From NCBI RefSeq assembly GCF_900167395.1, contig NZ_FUWK01000017.1, positions 15,411 through 47,410 on the forward strand: 32,000 nucleotides of DNA, read 5' to 3'. This document shows positions 1 through 9,022 of the stretch, in pieces (positions within the stretch are counted from its first letter, which is position 1; every line of letters begins with the position of its first letter). This DNA comes from Nitrosomonas europaea. GTDB lineage: Bacteria > Pseudomonadota > Gammaproteobacteria > Burkholderiales > Nitrosomonadaceae. Both the position numbers and the translations under genes were made by a program. The notes under the pieces are model-generated. The model was not told the DNA's origin, searched no databases, and saw nothing but the letters and a program-made list of their open reading frames with translations.

Positions 1-185
1 CGTGGTACCCGCCTGGTTCTTCGATGCGGGTGCCGCCTGCTGTGCGTGTGCATGACTGGCCCAGCCGACACTGGCAGCGGCAATGCCGCCAGCCACCAGC
101 AGATGCGCCGCCAGTGCTAAGGGGCGTGGAGTGAAGTGCTGCAGAGGCGTAGCGGTGGAACGATGATGCGTTGGGTGACGTGACA
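1..185 (-). CDS. N-terminal fragment (signal peptide) of a probable FecA-like TonB-dependent receptor; runs off the window
   Basis: Reverse-strand ATG at 185-183 with AAGGA 6 nt upstream. Translation MSRHPTHHRSTATPLQHFTPRPLALAAHLLVAGGIAAASVGWASHAHAQQ looks like a Sec signal peptide with AHA-type cleavage. It lies downstream of fecI-fecR. Only about 61 codons are visible, so the family call is contextual. Confidence 0.35.
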
Positions 186-406
186 TGTTGATCCTTTTCC
201 TCGTTTTGATTGAATCCATCGGCGGATCGAGACTTGTCACCCTCCACGTCTTGCGACATGCCTGGACGTGGAATTGGCTGGTGCGGCAAGTGGCCTTGTC
301 CATGCAGAGAGCGCCGGTGCGGACAAAAAGGGCTTGCGAGTTGGCTATATGCGCCGCTTGCTTCCGGGAGCAGCGGCGGCCATGGCGACTTGTCCATCCT
401 CATTAA

Positions 407-577
407 GGAACCTCTGATCAAGTTCTCCATGAGCCGCAACCCTTTGGGGCACTGGTTTTGCAGACGAACTGCAGCGTTGAGCTCGTTGTGAAGGGGCCAC
501 CATTCACTGCCTCACTCGCCTTGCATTTCATCCGCAAAACACAGTGTGCGGCTATGTGGAACTTAATCAGAGGTTCC
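407..577. mobile_element. MITE-like element, copy A (171 bp, 19-bp terminal inverted repeats)
   Basis: Left end GGAACCTCTGATCAAGTTC; reverse complement of right end GGAACCTCTGATTAAGTTC (18/19). Sub-terminal sequence TCCATGAGCCGCA and the right sub-terminus are shared with copy B at 16106-16210. No ORF. Confidence 0.6.
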
Positions 578-658
578 ATATGTAAACCGGATGAGCGGGG
601 AAAAAGTGGAAATGGTTTTGGCGGATTTCGCAAAAAATTTTTGCGGCTGCCGGGGACC

Positions 659-1681
659 CTATTGTGCGCGTGCCTCGATGCTTGTCCACCAGGGCAGCGG
701 GCGGCGGATGTGGATGGGCAGTGCCTGTTGGAGCATGGCTAGCGCGCCGTCGATGTCGTCGAGTGGGTAGCTGCCGAGAACGGGCAATTGTGCTACGTCG
801 GGCGCCACCGCTATGTGGCCGTGGCGGTAGCGGGATAGTTCGGCGATGACTTCGCCCAGCGGGATGTCCTGTGCGAGGAGGATGCCGCGAGACCAGGCTT
901 CACGCGCCGGATCGGCTGGTGTGGGTGCTTCCAGGTGTTCGGCAGTGAAGCGCGTCTGCCGGCCGGCAGTGACTGTGGTGCTTGGTGCGCCAGCAGCCAG
1001 GGTGACTTCAACCGCGCCCTTGTAAACGGTCAGTTGCGTGCCGCCCTGTGCGTCCAGGCGCACGTTGAAGCGCGTGCCTAAGGCGCGCATACGGCCGTGA
1101 GCCGTATGGACGACAAAGGGGCGGCCACCCGTGTCGTGCTGGTTATCGGCAGTGGTCTGGATGAGGATTTCACCGGTGTACAGGCGCAGTCGGCGCAGGC
1201 GAGCGTCGTATTCCTGATTGAAAGCGCTGGCACTGCCGAGCCACACTTGAGTGCCGTCCGCCAGGCGGACTTCGCGCCGCTCGCCGGTGGCAGTGCGATA
1301 GTCTGCGCCCCAGGCCATAAGGGTGTCTATCGTGCCAGGCCGTTGTCAGACAGCCCAGCTGAGCATGCCGCCCGCACCGGCCATGACGGCCACGCCTAGT
1401 ACGATTCGGCGCCGGGCGAGCCGGCGATTGGCTACCTGCAGTGCGTCCGCGGCCAAGCGCGGGGAGGTATCGGTCTGCAGGGGCTGGAAGTGCTGGCTGA
1501 CTCGATCGACGAACGCCCAGGCGGCGCGATTATCCTCGGTGCGGGCCAGCCAGTCTTGCCAGCGCGCGCGGTCGGTATCGGTGGCCGTTCCGGATTGCAG
1601 CAGCGAAAACCACGCGGCGGCCTGCTCCATGGCTTCATGCGAGGGCATGGTCGGGCTCTGGCCTGTGGGTGAAATGTTCAT
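659..1681 (-). pseudogene. fecR: FecR-family anti-sigma factor / iron signal transducer interrupted by an in-frame TGA
   Basis: ORFs 1346-1732 (N-terminal anti-sigma domain, MEQAAAWFSLLQSG...RARWQDWL) and 659-1318 (periplasmic FecR domain, YRTATGERREVRLADGTQVWL) are in the same frame. They are separated only by TGA at 1348-1346 plus 9 sense codons (QRPGTIDTL). The likely start ATG at 1681 overlaps the fecI stop (ATGA). Confidence 0.75.
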
Positions 1682-2238
1682 GGAGCAATGGCGCCGGCCT
1701 GGCCCAGATTGCGTGCTTCGAGCTGCATACAATGGAGCATGGCTCGGGTGATGTAGTGTCCGACCATGCGCGAGGACACGCCCAGCTCACGCGCGACTTC
1801 CTGGTGCGTCATGCCGCAGGCCATCGCCAGGACGAAAGCCCGAGCGGCTTTGAGCGGCAGATGGCGCAGCATGCCATCGATTTCGTGCAGCGCCTGCAGT
1901 ACCGCTGTCTGTTCCTCGGCCGAGGGCGCGTACGCCTCGGGTTGTGTAGCCAGGGTCTCCAGCCAGGCACGTTCGATCTCGCGGTGGCGCCACAGGTCGA
2001 TGCACAGGCCGTTGGCGATGGTTCGCAGGTAGGCGCGGGCTTCCTGGCTGCTGTCGAAGCACCGGGGGCGGGCAATCAGGCGCACGAAGGTATCGTGCGC
2101 CAGGTCGGCCGCATCGCCCAGGCGAAAGCGCAACCAGCCGTACAGCCAGTTATGATGATCGCTGTAGAGAAAGTGAACCTGCTGCATTGCAGGGTTGGCG
2201 GCTGGTGCGACATCCTCCTGGTGATCACGCGAGTGCAT
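1678..2238 (-). CDS. fecI: ECF sigma factor, FecI-like (iron starvation group)
   Basis: 186 aa with sigma-70 region 2 (DLAHDTFVRLI) and region 4 HTH (MTHQEVARELGVSSRMVGHYITRA). Stop overlaps the fecR start. Confidence 0.85.
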   Translation of the reverse strand: MHSRDHQEDVAPAANPAMQQVHFLYSDHHNWLYGWLRFRLGDAADLAHDTFVRLIARPRCFDSSQEARAYLRTIANGLCIDLWRHREIERAWLETLATQPEAYAPSAEEQTAVLQALHEIDGMLRHLPLKAARAFVLAMACGMTHQEVARELGVSSRMVGHYITRAMLHCMQLEARNLGQAGAIAP

Positions 2239-2253
2239 ATGTTAATTCAATAA

Positions 2254-2272
2254 GTTAATGAGAACCATTCAC
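2254..2272. promoter_or_regulatory. Candidate Fur box in the fecI promoter region
   Basis: GTTAATGAGAACCATTCAC matches the 19-bp Fur consensus GATAATGATAATCATTATC at 14/19 by hand alignment. It lies 16 nt upstream of the fecI start, in an AT-rich divergent region. Confidence 0.4.
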
Positions 2273-2495
2273 ATTTTATAAGATGTAGTACGGACTGTGC
2301 AACCGGGTTTCGATGAGATAATGGCAGCTTGATTTCTTTCTTGTGGCAAATAGTCTGTATAGCATCAGGGTTTTTTCAGAAATAGCTTACAATCTTCCCC
2401 GGAGCCAGTGAAATTTTGCGATTATTATCGGCGGTGGGTTGGTGGCCGATTTTTTGTGCATTTATTTTTACGTTATTTACCGGGGGGGATAAAAA

Positions 2496-3839
2496 ATGAA
2501 ATACAACAGTATCGAGGAATTCAAGAATTATGTTTCCGAAAGGAATCCAGGGCAACCCGAATTCCTGCAGGCCGTTTCAGAAGTCATTGAAAGCTTGTGG
2601 CCTTTTATCGTCGATCATTCTCGTTACGCTGAGCAGGGGTTGCTGGATCGGCTGATCGAGCCGGAGCGCATGATCATATTCCGGGTGGCGTGGGTGGATG
2701 ATCGGGGTGAAGTCAAGGTCAATCGGGGGTACCGCATTCAATATAATTCGGCGATCGGCCCATACAAGGGGGGTACGCGCTTCCATCCGTCAGTCAACCT
2801 TTCCATTCTCAAATTCCTTGCATTTGAGCAGACTTTCAAGAATGCACTGACAACATTGCCGATGGGAGGAGGCAAGGGTGGATCGGATTTTGATCCCAAG
2901 GGTAAAAGTCCCGGTGAAATCATGCGCTTCTGCCAAGCGTATGCGGCCGAACTGTTCCGGCATGTCGGTGCGGATACGGATGTACCTGCCGGAGACATCG
3001 GTGTGGGCGGACGGGAAGTCGGCTACATGGCTGGTATGGTCAAGAAGCTGACCAACCGTTCGGACTGTGTATTTACCGGCAAAGGATTGACCTTCGGGGG
3101 ATCGCTGCTGCGGCCGGAAGCTACCGGGTACGGTCTGGTCTATTTTGCCGAAGAGATGCTGAATCACTCCGGTTGTTCATTGAAAGGCATGCGGGTATCC
3201 GTATCCGGTTCCGGGAACGTGGCACAGTTTGCCATTGACAAGGCCATGTCGCTGGGTGCCAAAGTAGTCACGGTTTCAGATTCGAGTGGTACGGTGGTGG
3301 ATGAAGCCGGTTTTACACCAGAAAAACTGGCAATTCTGGCCGAAGTCAAGAATCGTCTCTACGGGCGTGTCAATGAATTTGCTGAACGGGTGGAAGCACA
3401 GTTCCTTCCGGGTGAAAAACCGTGGCATGTGCCGGTGGATGTCGCTTTGCCCTGTGCGACCCAGAATGAACTGAACGAAAACGACGCCGCAATACTGATC
3501 AGGAATGGTGCGAATTGTGTGGCCGAGGGTGCCAATATGCCATGCACTGCAGGTGCCGTGGAACGATTCCATCATGCGAAAGTACTGTTTGCACCTGGCA
3601 AGGCGAGCAACGCAGGCGGAGTGGCTACCTCGGGTCTGGAAATGAGCCAGCAGGCCATGCGACTTTCCTGGACGAGCGGAGAAGTCGATATGCGGTTACA
3701 GGAAATCATGCGTGCCATTCATCATTCCTGCACCGAATACGGCAAGAAGCCTGACGGTACGGTCAACTATGTGGATGGTGCCAATGTTGCCGGATTTGTG
3801 AAAGTGGCCGAGGCAATGCTGGCGCAAGGGGTGATCTGA
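2496..3839 (+). CDS. gdhA: NADP-specific glutamate dehydrogenase
   Basis: 447 aa with the Glu/Leu/Phe/Val dehydrogenase active-site block KGGTRFHPSVNLSILKFLAFEQTFKNALTTLPMGGGKGGSDFDPKGKS. Rossmann GSGNVA. G-rich SD upstream of the ATG. Confidence 0.95.
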   Translation: MKYNSIEEFKNYVSERNPGQPEFLQAVSEVIESLWPFIVDHSRYAEQGLLDRLIEPERMIIFRVAWVDDRGEVKVNRGYRIQYNSAIGPYKGGTRFHPSVNLSILKFLAFEQTFKNALTTLPMGGGKGGSDFDPKGKSPGEIMRFCQAYAAELFRHVGADTDVPAGDIGVGGREVGYMAGMVKKLTNRSDCVFTGKGLTFGGSLLRPEATGYGLVYFAEEMLNHSGCSLKGMRVSVSGSGNVAQFAIDKAMSLGAKVVTVSDSSGTVVDEAGFTPEKLAILAEVKNRLYGRVNEFAERVEAQFLPGEKPWHVPVDVALPCATQNELNENDAAILIRNGANCVAEGANMPCTAGAVERFHHAKVLFAPGKASNAGGVATSGLEMSQQAMRLSWTSGEVDMRLQEIMRAIHHSCTEYGKKPDGTVNYVDGANVAGFVKVAEAMLAQGVI

Positions 3840-4036
3840 TAAGAGTTTGTAGTTTCTTGCAGCATTTCTCAGAAGATCCATAACAAAAAACGATTGGCTC
3901 TGACGGTAATAGATGAACGATATGCCCTCTTATTATGACATGAGTATGTTGTTTCCCCTGTAGGCTGGGTTGGTTGCAACCGGTCAGCCGCACGGCCGGA
4001 TTTGATTTTGATCATGGTATGAATAGACGGGTAGTC

Positions 4037-5944
4037 ATGAGTAAGATATTTATCGGGGTGTTACTGGCGTTCTGGTCACAGCTGCTCGTTGCCGGGGGGG
4101 ATGAAGATTACCTGGAAATACGGGAAGCATTCCGGGCGGGTAATGCAGCACGTGTTGCCGAATACGCCGAACGTATGAAGTACCATGTGCTGTCGCCTTA
4201 TGCCGAATACTTTCGGTTGCGCCTGTCGCTGGTAACCGCAGAGACCGGGGCAGTCAGGGCATTTCTGGCACGTCACGACGGCAGTTTCGTAGCAGACAGA
4301 CTGCGGGCGGACTGGTTGCAGATTCTCGGCAAACGCCAGCAGTGGGCGACGTTTGCCGAGGAATATCCGAAGCTGGTCAATCGGGAAGAGAGCCTGCAGT
4401 GTTATGCATTGCAACACCGGCTGGCCACGGGAGATAAAACTGCAAACGGGGAGGTTCGTTCACTCTGGTTCACCGGGCGTGATATGCCGGCCAGTTGTGT
4501 GACCGTATTCGATTCACTGGTCAGGATCGGTGCCATCTCGGTAGAGGATGTCTGGACCCGAATCAGGCTGGCCTTCGAAGCCGGCAATACAGGTGTGGCC
4601 AGAAACATAAACAAATATCTCCCGCGCCATCAGGCTCTCGATTTACAAAAACTGAATGCCGTGATCAAAGATGCCCGGCGTTTCCTCGATCGTCCGGTAT
4701 CCGTCCAGTCGCGTGCCGATCGTGAAATCGTATTGTTTGCGCTGTTGCGCCTGTTGCGCAGTGAAACCAATCAGGCACTGGCCCGCTGGCATAAAATCCG
4801 CGGGCAATTTCCTGAAGCGGATCGATCTTATTTCGCCGGGAATCTCGCTTACTGGGCGGCGATCAGACAGGATTCGCGCGCCATGAACTGGTTCATGGAT
4901 GCCACGACGGGCAGACATGTCTATCCGTTATCTGAAACCAAACAGGCATGGAAAGCACGGATAGCATTGCGTGAAGGCAACTGGAAAATGTTGCTGGACA
5001 CGCTTGGCCAGATGCCTGCCGCAATGCAGCAGGAGGATGTCTGGCGTTACTGGCGTGCACGCGCATTGAAAGTCAGCAGAAAGAATTCTGAAGCCAATAC
5101 GTTGCTCGTTTCCCTGAGCCGTGAACATAGTTTTTATGGACAGATGGCCCGGGAAGAACTGGGTGAGATGCTCAGTGTTCCGGCTGACGAGTATCAGGTC
5201 AGGCCGGAAGAAATCCGTCTCATGGAACAAAACCCGGGGATTCGCCGGGCGCTGGCGCTGTATCGGCTCGATCAGCGGATAGAGGCAAATCGTGAATGGA
5301 TCTGGACGATACAGCATTTCAGCGATGAACAACTGCTGGCAGCAGCCAGAGTGGCTCAGCGTCATGGCATTTATGACCGGGCGATCAATACGGCCATCAA
5401 AACCGTTGCGCGTCATGACTTCAGTCTGCGTTATCTGGCGCCTTATCGTGAGCAGGTGCATACAGTCCTGCAGCAGCATCAGCTGGATGAAGCGTTCGTA
5501 TACGGACTGATACGGCAGGAAAGCCGCTTTATCTCGGATATCAAGTCCAGTGCCGGAGCAACCGGCCTGATGCAGTTGATGCCGGCGACAGCCAAGTGGG
5601 TTGCCGGCAAACTGGGTTTACAGGATTTTCATACCAGCCTGGTGACCGATATCAATACCAATCTTCAGCTGGGCGCCTACTATCTGAAGCATGTATTGGG
5701 TCAGTTGGACGATCAGCCATTACTGGCAGCGGCTGCCTATAACGCTGGGCCCGGGCGGGCACGGCAATGGAGAGATATCCGGCCGCTGGAAGGGGCGATC
5801 TATGCCGAGACCATTCCGTTCAACGAAACACGTGACTACGTCAAAGTGGTGCTGAGTAATTCGATGTATTACGCCAATAATTTCGGTCATCCAAACAAGC
5901 CGACTCTGAAACAGCGGCTCGGGACGGTTGCCCCGAAGCGCTGA
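4037..5944 (+). CDS. slt: Soluble lytic murein transglycosylase (Slt70-like)
   Basis: Signal peptide MSKIFIGVLLAFWSQLLVAGG, a long helical N-terminal region, and a C-terminal SLT domain with ESRF...ATGLMQLMP...AAYNAGPGR. Alternative upstream starts at 4019 and 3974. Confidence 0.9.
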   Translation: MSKIFIGVLLAFWSQLLVAGGDEDYLEIREAFRAGNAARVAEYAERMKYHVLSPYAEYFRLRLSLVTAETGAVRAFLARHDGSFVADRLRADWLQILGKRQQWATFAEEYPKLVNREESLQCYALQHRLATGDKTANGEVRSLWFTGRDMPASCVTVFDSLVRIGAISVEDVWTRIRLAFEAGNTGVARNINKYLPRHQALDLQKLNAVIKDARRFLDRPVSVQSRADREIVLFALLRLLRSETNQALARWHKIRGQFPEADRSYFAGNLAYWAAIRQDSRAMNWFMDATTGRHVYPLSETKQAWKARIALREGNWKMLLDTLGQMPAAMQQEDVWRYWRARALKVSRKNSEANTLLVSLSREHSFYGQMAREELGEMLSVPADEYQVRPEEIRLMEQNPGIRRALALYRLDQRIEANREWIWTIQHFSDEQLLAAARVAQRHGIYDRAINTAIKTVARHDFSLRYLAPYREQVHTVLQQHQLDEAFVYGLIRQESRFISDIKSSAGATGLMQLMPATAKWVAGKLGLQDFHTSLVTDINTNLQLGAYYLKHVLGQLDDQPLLAAAAYNAGPGRARQWRDIRPLEGAIYAETIPFNETRDYVKVVLSNSMYYANNFGHPNKPTLKQRLGTVAPKR

Positions 5945-5952
5945 TCCTGGAT

Positions 5953-7191
5953 ATGAAAATTTACCGGGTAGGGGGCTCCGTACGTGATGAACTGCTGGGG
6001 TTGCCCGTCAAGGATCAGGATTACGTCGTGGTGGGAGCCACTCCGGAGGAGATGGTGCGGCTGGGCTACCGCCCGGTGGGCAAGGATTTCCCGGTATTTC
6101 TGCATCCTGAAACACATGAACAGTACGCATTGGCGCGGACCGAGCGGAAAATTGCCAGAGGTTACAAGGGGTTTGAAGTTTATGCGGCTCCCGGTGTGAC
6201 TCTGCAGGAGGATCTGGCGCGCCGCGACCTGACGATCAATGCCATGGCCAGAGATGAGGCAGGCGATATCGTCGATCCGTTCGGAGGAATTGCGGATCTG
6301 CAGGCGGGCATTCTGCGCCATATCGGTCCGGCGTTTGTCGAAGATCCCGTGAGAGTGTTACGGGTTGCACGATTTGCGGCACGCTTCGGTTTTCAGATTG
6401 CACCGGAAACGCTCGAACTGATGAAAGAGATCGTTCATACCGGTGAGACAGAGGCACTGGTGCCGGAGCGGGTCTGGCAGGAAATAGCTCACGGGTTGAT
6501 GGAATCTCATCCTTCACGCATGTTTTACGTTTTGCGGGAGTGTGGTGCGCTTGCCCGCATTCTGCCCGAAGTGGATGCTTTGTTCGGTGTGCCGCAGCCT
6601 GCGCACGCTCACCCCGAAATCGATACCGGTATTCACGTCATGATGGTCATCGACCATGCTGCTTCAAAACAGTATCCCCTCGAAGTGCGTTTTGCCGGGT
6701 TGACTCATGATCTGGGAAAAGGAACGACCTCTCCTGATGAATGGCCACGCCATATTGGCCATGAAGCGCGCAGTGTGGAACTGGTCATGGGGTTGTGCGA
6801 ACGTATTCGGGTTCCCGGAGAATCCAGGGATCTGGCGCTGCTGGTAGCGCGTTTTCACGGCGATGTTCACCGGGCGCTGGAATTACGCCCCGCAACCATT
6901 GCCGACATGTTGCAGGCAACGGATGCCTATCGCAAGAAAGCTCGTTTCCAGGCCTTTCTGCAGGCGTGTGCCAGCGATTTTCACGGGCGACCGGGTTTCG
7001 CAGACAAACCCTATCCCCAGAAGGAACATTTGAGCAGGGCATTACAGGTTGCGGTTGACGTGGATGCAGGTGCCATTGCCATGCAGCTCAACCAGTCACA
7101 CGCCGGTAAAGCCGATCTGCCTATGCGAATCAACCGCCAGGTATATGCTGCACGAGTCGAGCGGATCAGTTCCCTTCTTTCGCACCTGTAA
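5953..7191 (+). CDS. cca: Multifunctional CCA-adding tRNA nucleotidyltransferase with HD phosphohydrolase domain
   Basis: MKIYRVGGSVRDELLG...DQDYVVVG head domain; RRDLTINAMA; HD motif LTHDLGK. 412 aa. Confidence 0.93.
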   Translation: MKIYRVGGSVRDELLGLPVKDQDYVVVGATPEEMVRLGYRPVGKDFPVFLHPETHEQYALARTERKIARGYKGFEVYAAPGVTLQEDLARRDLTINAMARDEAGDIVDPFGGIADLQAGILRHIGPAFVEDPVRVLRVARFAARFGFQIAPETLELMKEIVHTGETEALVPERVWQEIAHGLMESHPSRMFYVLRECGALARILPEVDALFGVPQPAHAHPEIDTGIHVMMVIDHAASKQYPLEVRFAGLTHDLGKGTTSPDEWPRHIGHEARSVELVMGLCERIRVPGESRDLALLVARFHGDVHRALELRPATIADMLQATDAYRKKARFQAFLQACASDFHGRPGFADKPYPQKEHLSRALQVAVDVDAGAIAMQLNQSHAGKADLPMRINRQVYAARVERISSLLSHL

Positions 7192-8896
7192 TATCAGGCA
7201 GGTGGGCAGCAGCATCGGACAGTAACTCTGCTTTGCCATTGGAAACGATGAATACCTGGCTTGCCGCGTTGATGACGGCGGGTTGATGGGAAACGGCGAT
7301 GATCGTGAATTCCTTTGCCAGATTCTGCAGCGTTGCACAGATGATGCGTTCACTTTCCGGATCCAGCGCACTGGTAGGTTCATCCAGCAGTAACAGCTTC
7401 GGCTGGTGAGCCAATGCCCTGGCAATGGCGATGCGTTGCCGTTGTCCTCCTGAAAGCATGCCGCCCCGCTCGCCAACGACAGTATGGATTCCGTCGGGGA
7501 ATGAACTGACAAAATCCCATGCGCCGGCTTGTCTGAGTGCGCGTTCCGCATCTTCGACGCTGATCGCAGGCTCACCCACAAGGATATTGTTCAGGATGGT
7601 ATCGTGCAGCAGCACGGTATCCTGAGAAACGTAGCCAATCATGTGCCGCCAGCGGCGCAGATCGATATGATGCAAGGATACCCCGTCGATCAGGATTTCA
7701 CCGGATTTCGGTTCAGCCAGCCCGCAGAGTAAATCGAGCAGTGTACTTTTGCCGGCACCTGAGGAACCAATGAGCGCGGTGAACGAGTGAACCGGAATTT
7801 CAAGATTCAAATCGCTGAAAATCGTTTTTCGTTCATAACCGAAAACGATGTGGCGCAGGTTCAACCCCTGTTCCAGAGTCGGTACCAGCGTACCAGTCGA
7901 TCTTTCTGCCTCCATGCGCGCTTCTTCAGCGGCATTGCGCAAGGCCCAGTAGGCACTTTCCTGGGCCACGAGCTGCTGATAACGGCGCTGCGTTTTATTC
8001 AGCAATCCCAGAATCCGGGTCAGTAGAAAGACCATGACCATGACTTCCGGCAATGACAGTTTCCAGACCACCAGTGCCAGATACAGGCCGCTTGCTGTCA
8101 GGGCTGCCAGGATAGGCTCCTGCAGGGCAAGTAGGGCTGCCCGGTTGGTGACTTCCTTGCGTGTCGCTTTTTCCAGCATCCGGGTCTGTTCGTGCAGTAT
8201 GGCATCGGCCACGTTATCGCGTGCCATGGCTTTCAGGGATTTGACCGAGCCGAGTACATCGGACAGGTACGTCAGCAGATGACGCAGTAAATGGGTTTGT
8301 TTGTTACCGGCGCGTTTGGCTGCTCTGACCAGGCGATTGAGTACCACAAACAGGATAGTGCCGATCAACAGTGACGCCAGCGTGGCTTCCCACGAAATGA
8401 ACAGAGCTACGATGCCGTATACCAGTGCTTCGATTGCCAGTGCCAGCACATTGACACTATGTTCAAAACCCATGGCGGCACGATAAGCCTCGGTGGCGAT
8501 TGAATTTGCCAGCGCACCGGCAGGCTGGCGCAGATAGTATTGCCACCGGCTGGCAAGCAGCGCCTTGATCAGGTCCAGCCGCAGCGCAGTGGCGACATGC
8601 GCAACCGTATGGCCCACCTGCTGGTTGGTCAGCAATAGAATCGCACCTTTGAGAAACATGCCGCCGACGATGACCAGCAGAATGATTTCCAGTGTGGGTG
8701 ACAGCCCGACCTGATGCAGCGTATCGACTACCAGTTTGCCCATGCTGGAATCGATCGATTCACCTACTGCGATGGATAACAGGGGAAGCAGTGCAGTCAG
8801 GCTGAGTGCTTCGGCAATGCCGGCCAGCAGCAGCGCAACCAGTACGAATGCGCTGCGCTTCGGAAAAACCATGATATAGGTGATCAGTGTGCGCAT
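7166..8896 (-). CDS. Fused ABC exporter (permease + ATPase, MsbA-like architecture), substrate unknown
   Basis: 576 aa. Hydrophobic N-terminal half with multiple TM helices. Walker A GSSGAGKST, signature LSGGQRQRIAIARAL, Walker B LLLLDEPTSALD. Confidence 0.9.
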   Translation of the reverse strand: MRTLITYIMVFPKRSAFVLVALLLAGIAEALSLTALLPLLSIAVGESIDSSMGKLVVDTLHQVGLSPTLEIILLVIVGGMFLKGAILLLTNQQVGHTVAHVATALRLDLIKALLASRWQYYLRQPAGALANSIATEAYRAAMGFEHSVNVLALAIEALVYGIVALFISWEATLASLLIGTILFVVLNRLVRAAKRAGNKQTHLLRHLLTYLSDVLGSVKSLKAMARDNVADAILHEQTRMLEKATRKEVTNRAALLALQEPILAALTASGLYLALVVWKLSLPEVMVMVFLLTRILGLLNKTQRRYQQLVAQESAYWALRNAAEEARMEAERSTGTLVPTLEQGLNLRHIVFGYERKTIFSDLNLEIPVHSFTALIGSSGAGKSTLLDLLCGLAEPKSGEILIDGVSLHHIDLRRWRHMIGYVSQDTVLLHDTILNNILVGEPAISVEDAERALRQAGAWDFVSSFPDGIHTVVGERGGMLSGGQRQRIAIARALAHQPKLLLLDEPTSALDPESERIICATLQNLAKEFTIIAVSHQPAVINAASQVFIVSNGKAELLSDAAAHLPDITGAKEGN

Positions 8897-8964
8897 GATG
8901 GGGCAGGTGAGTTGATCCGGGCTGGAAAAATGCGGGCGGGTTGGCAGTGACGCAAAATCAATCG

Positions 8965-9007
8965 GACAGGCAGCTTCCGGCCGTGATAATCCTCCTGGCT
9001 GCCTGTC
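8965..9007 (-). terminator. Hairpin downstream of dapF (possible terminator)
   Basis: Perfect 10-bp stem GACAGGCAGC / GCTGCCTGTC with a 23-nt loop, 16 nt after the dapF stop. On the minus strand it is followed by CGATTGATTTTG. The large loop and weak U-tract lower confidence. Confidence 0.3.
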
Positions 9008-9022
9008 ATGTTTGTATGGTGT

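Noticed and set aside
185-742. Several 70-94-aa ORFs in the fecR-receptor spacer
   Set aside because: They overlap each other and the MITE-like element. There are no coding features, so I treat the region as non-coding.
1669-2253. 194-aa plus-strand ORF, and other overlapping ORFs in 185-2100
   Set aside because: The high G+C fec region generates long spurious ORFs in all frames. Only the minus-strand frames carry FecI and FecR motifs.
2427-2455. Terminator or attenuator-like hairpin plus T6 in the gdhA leader
   Set aside because: The stem is only 6 bp (ATCGGC/GCCGAT) with a 12-nt loop, too weak to call without transcript data.
2482-2488. G7 homopolymers (also 4094-4100 in slt and 10806-10812 in gspF) and an A8 tract in fliT (23530-23537) as phase-variation switches
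   Set aside because: About four G/C runs of 7 or more are expected by chance in 32 kb at this composition, and there is no clustering in surface-gene 5' ends.
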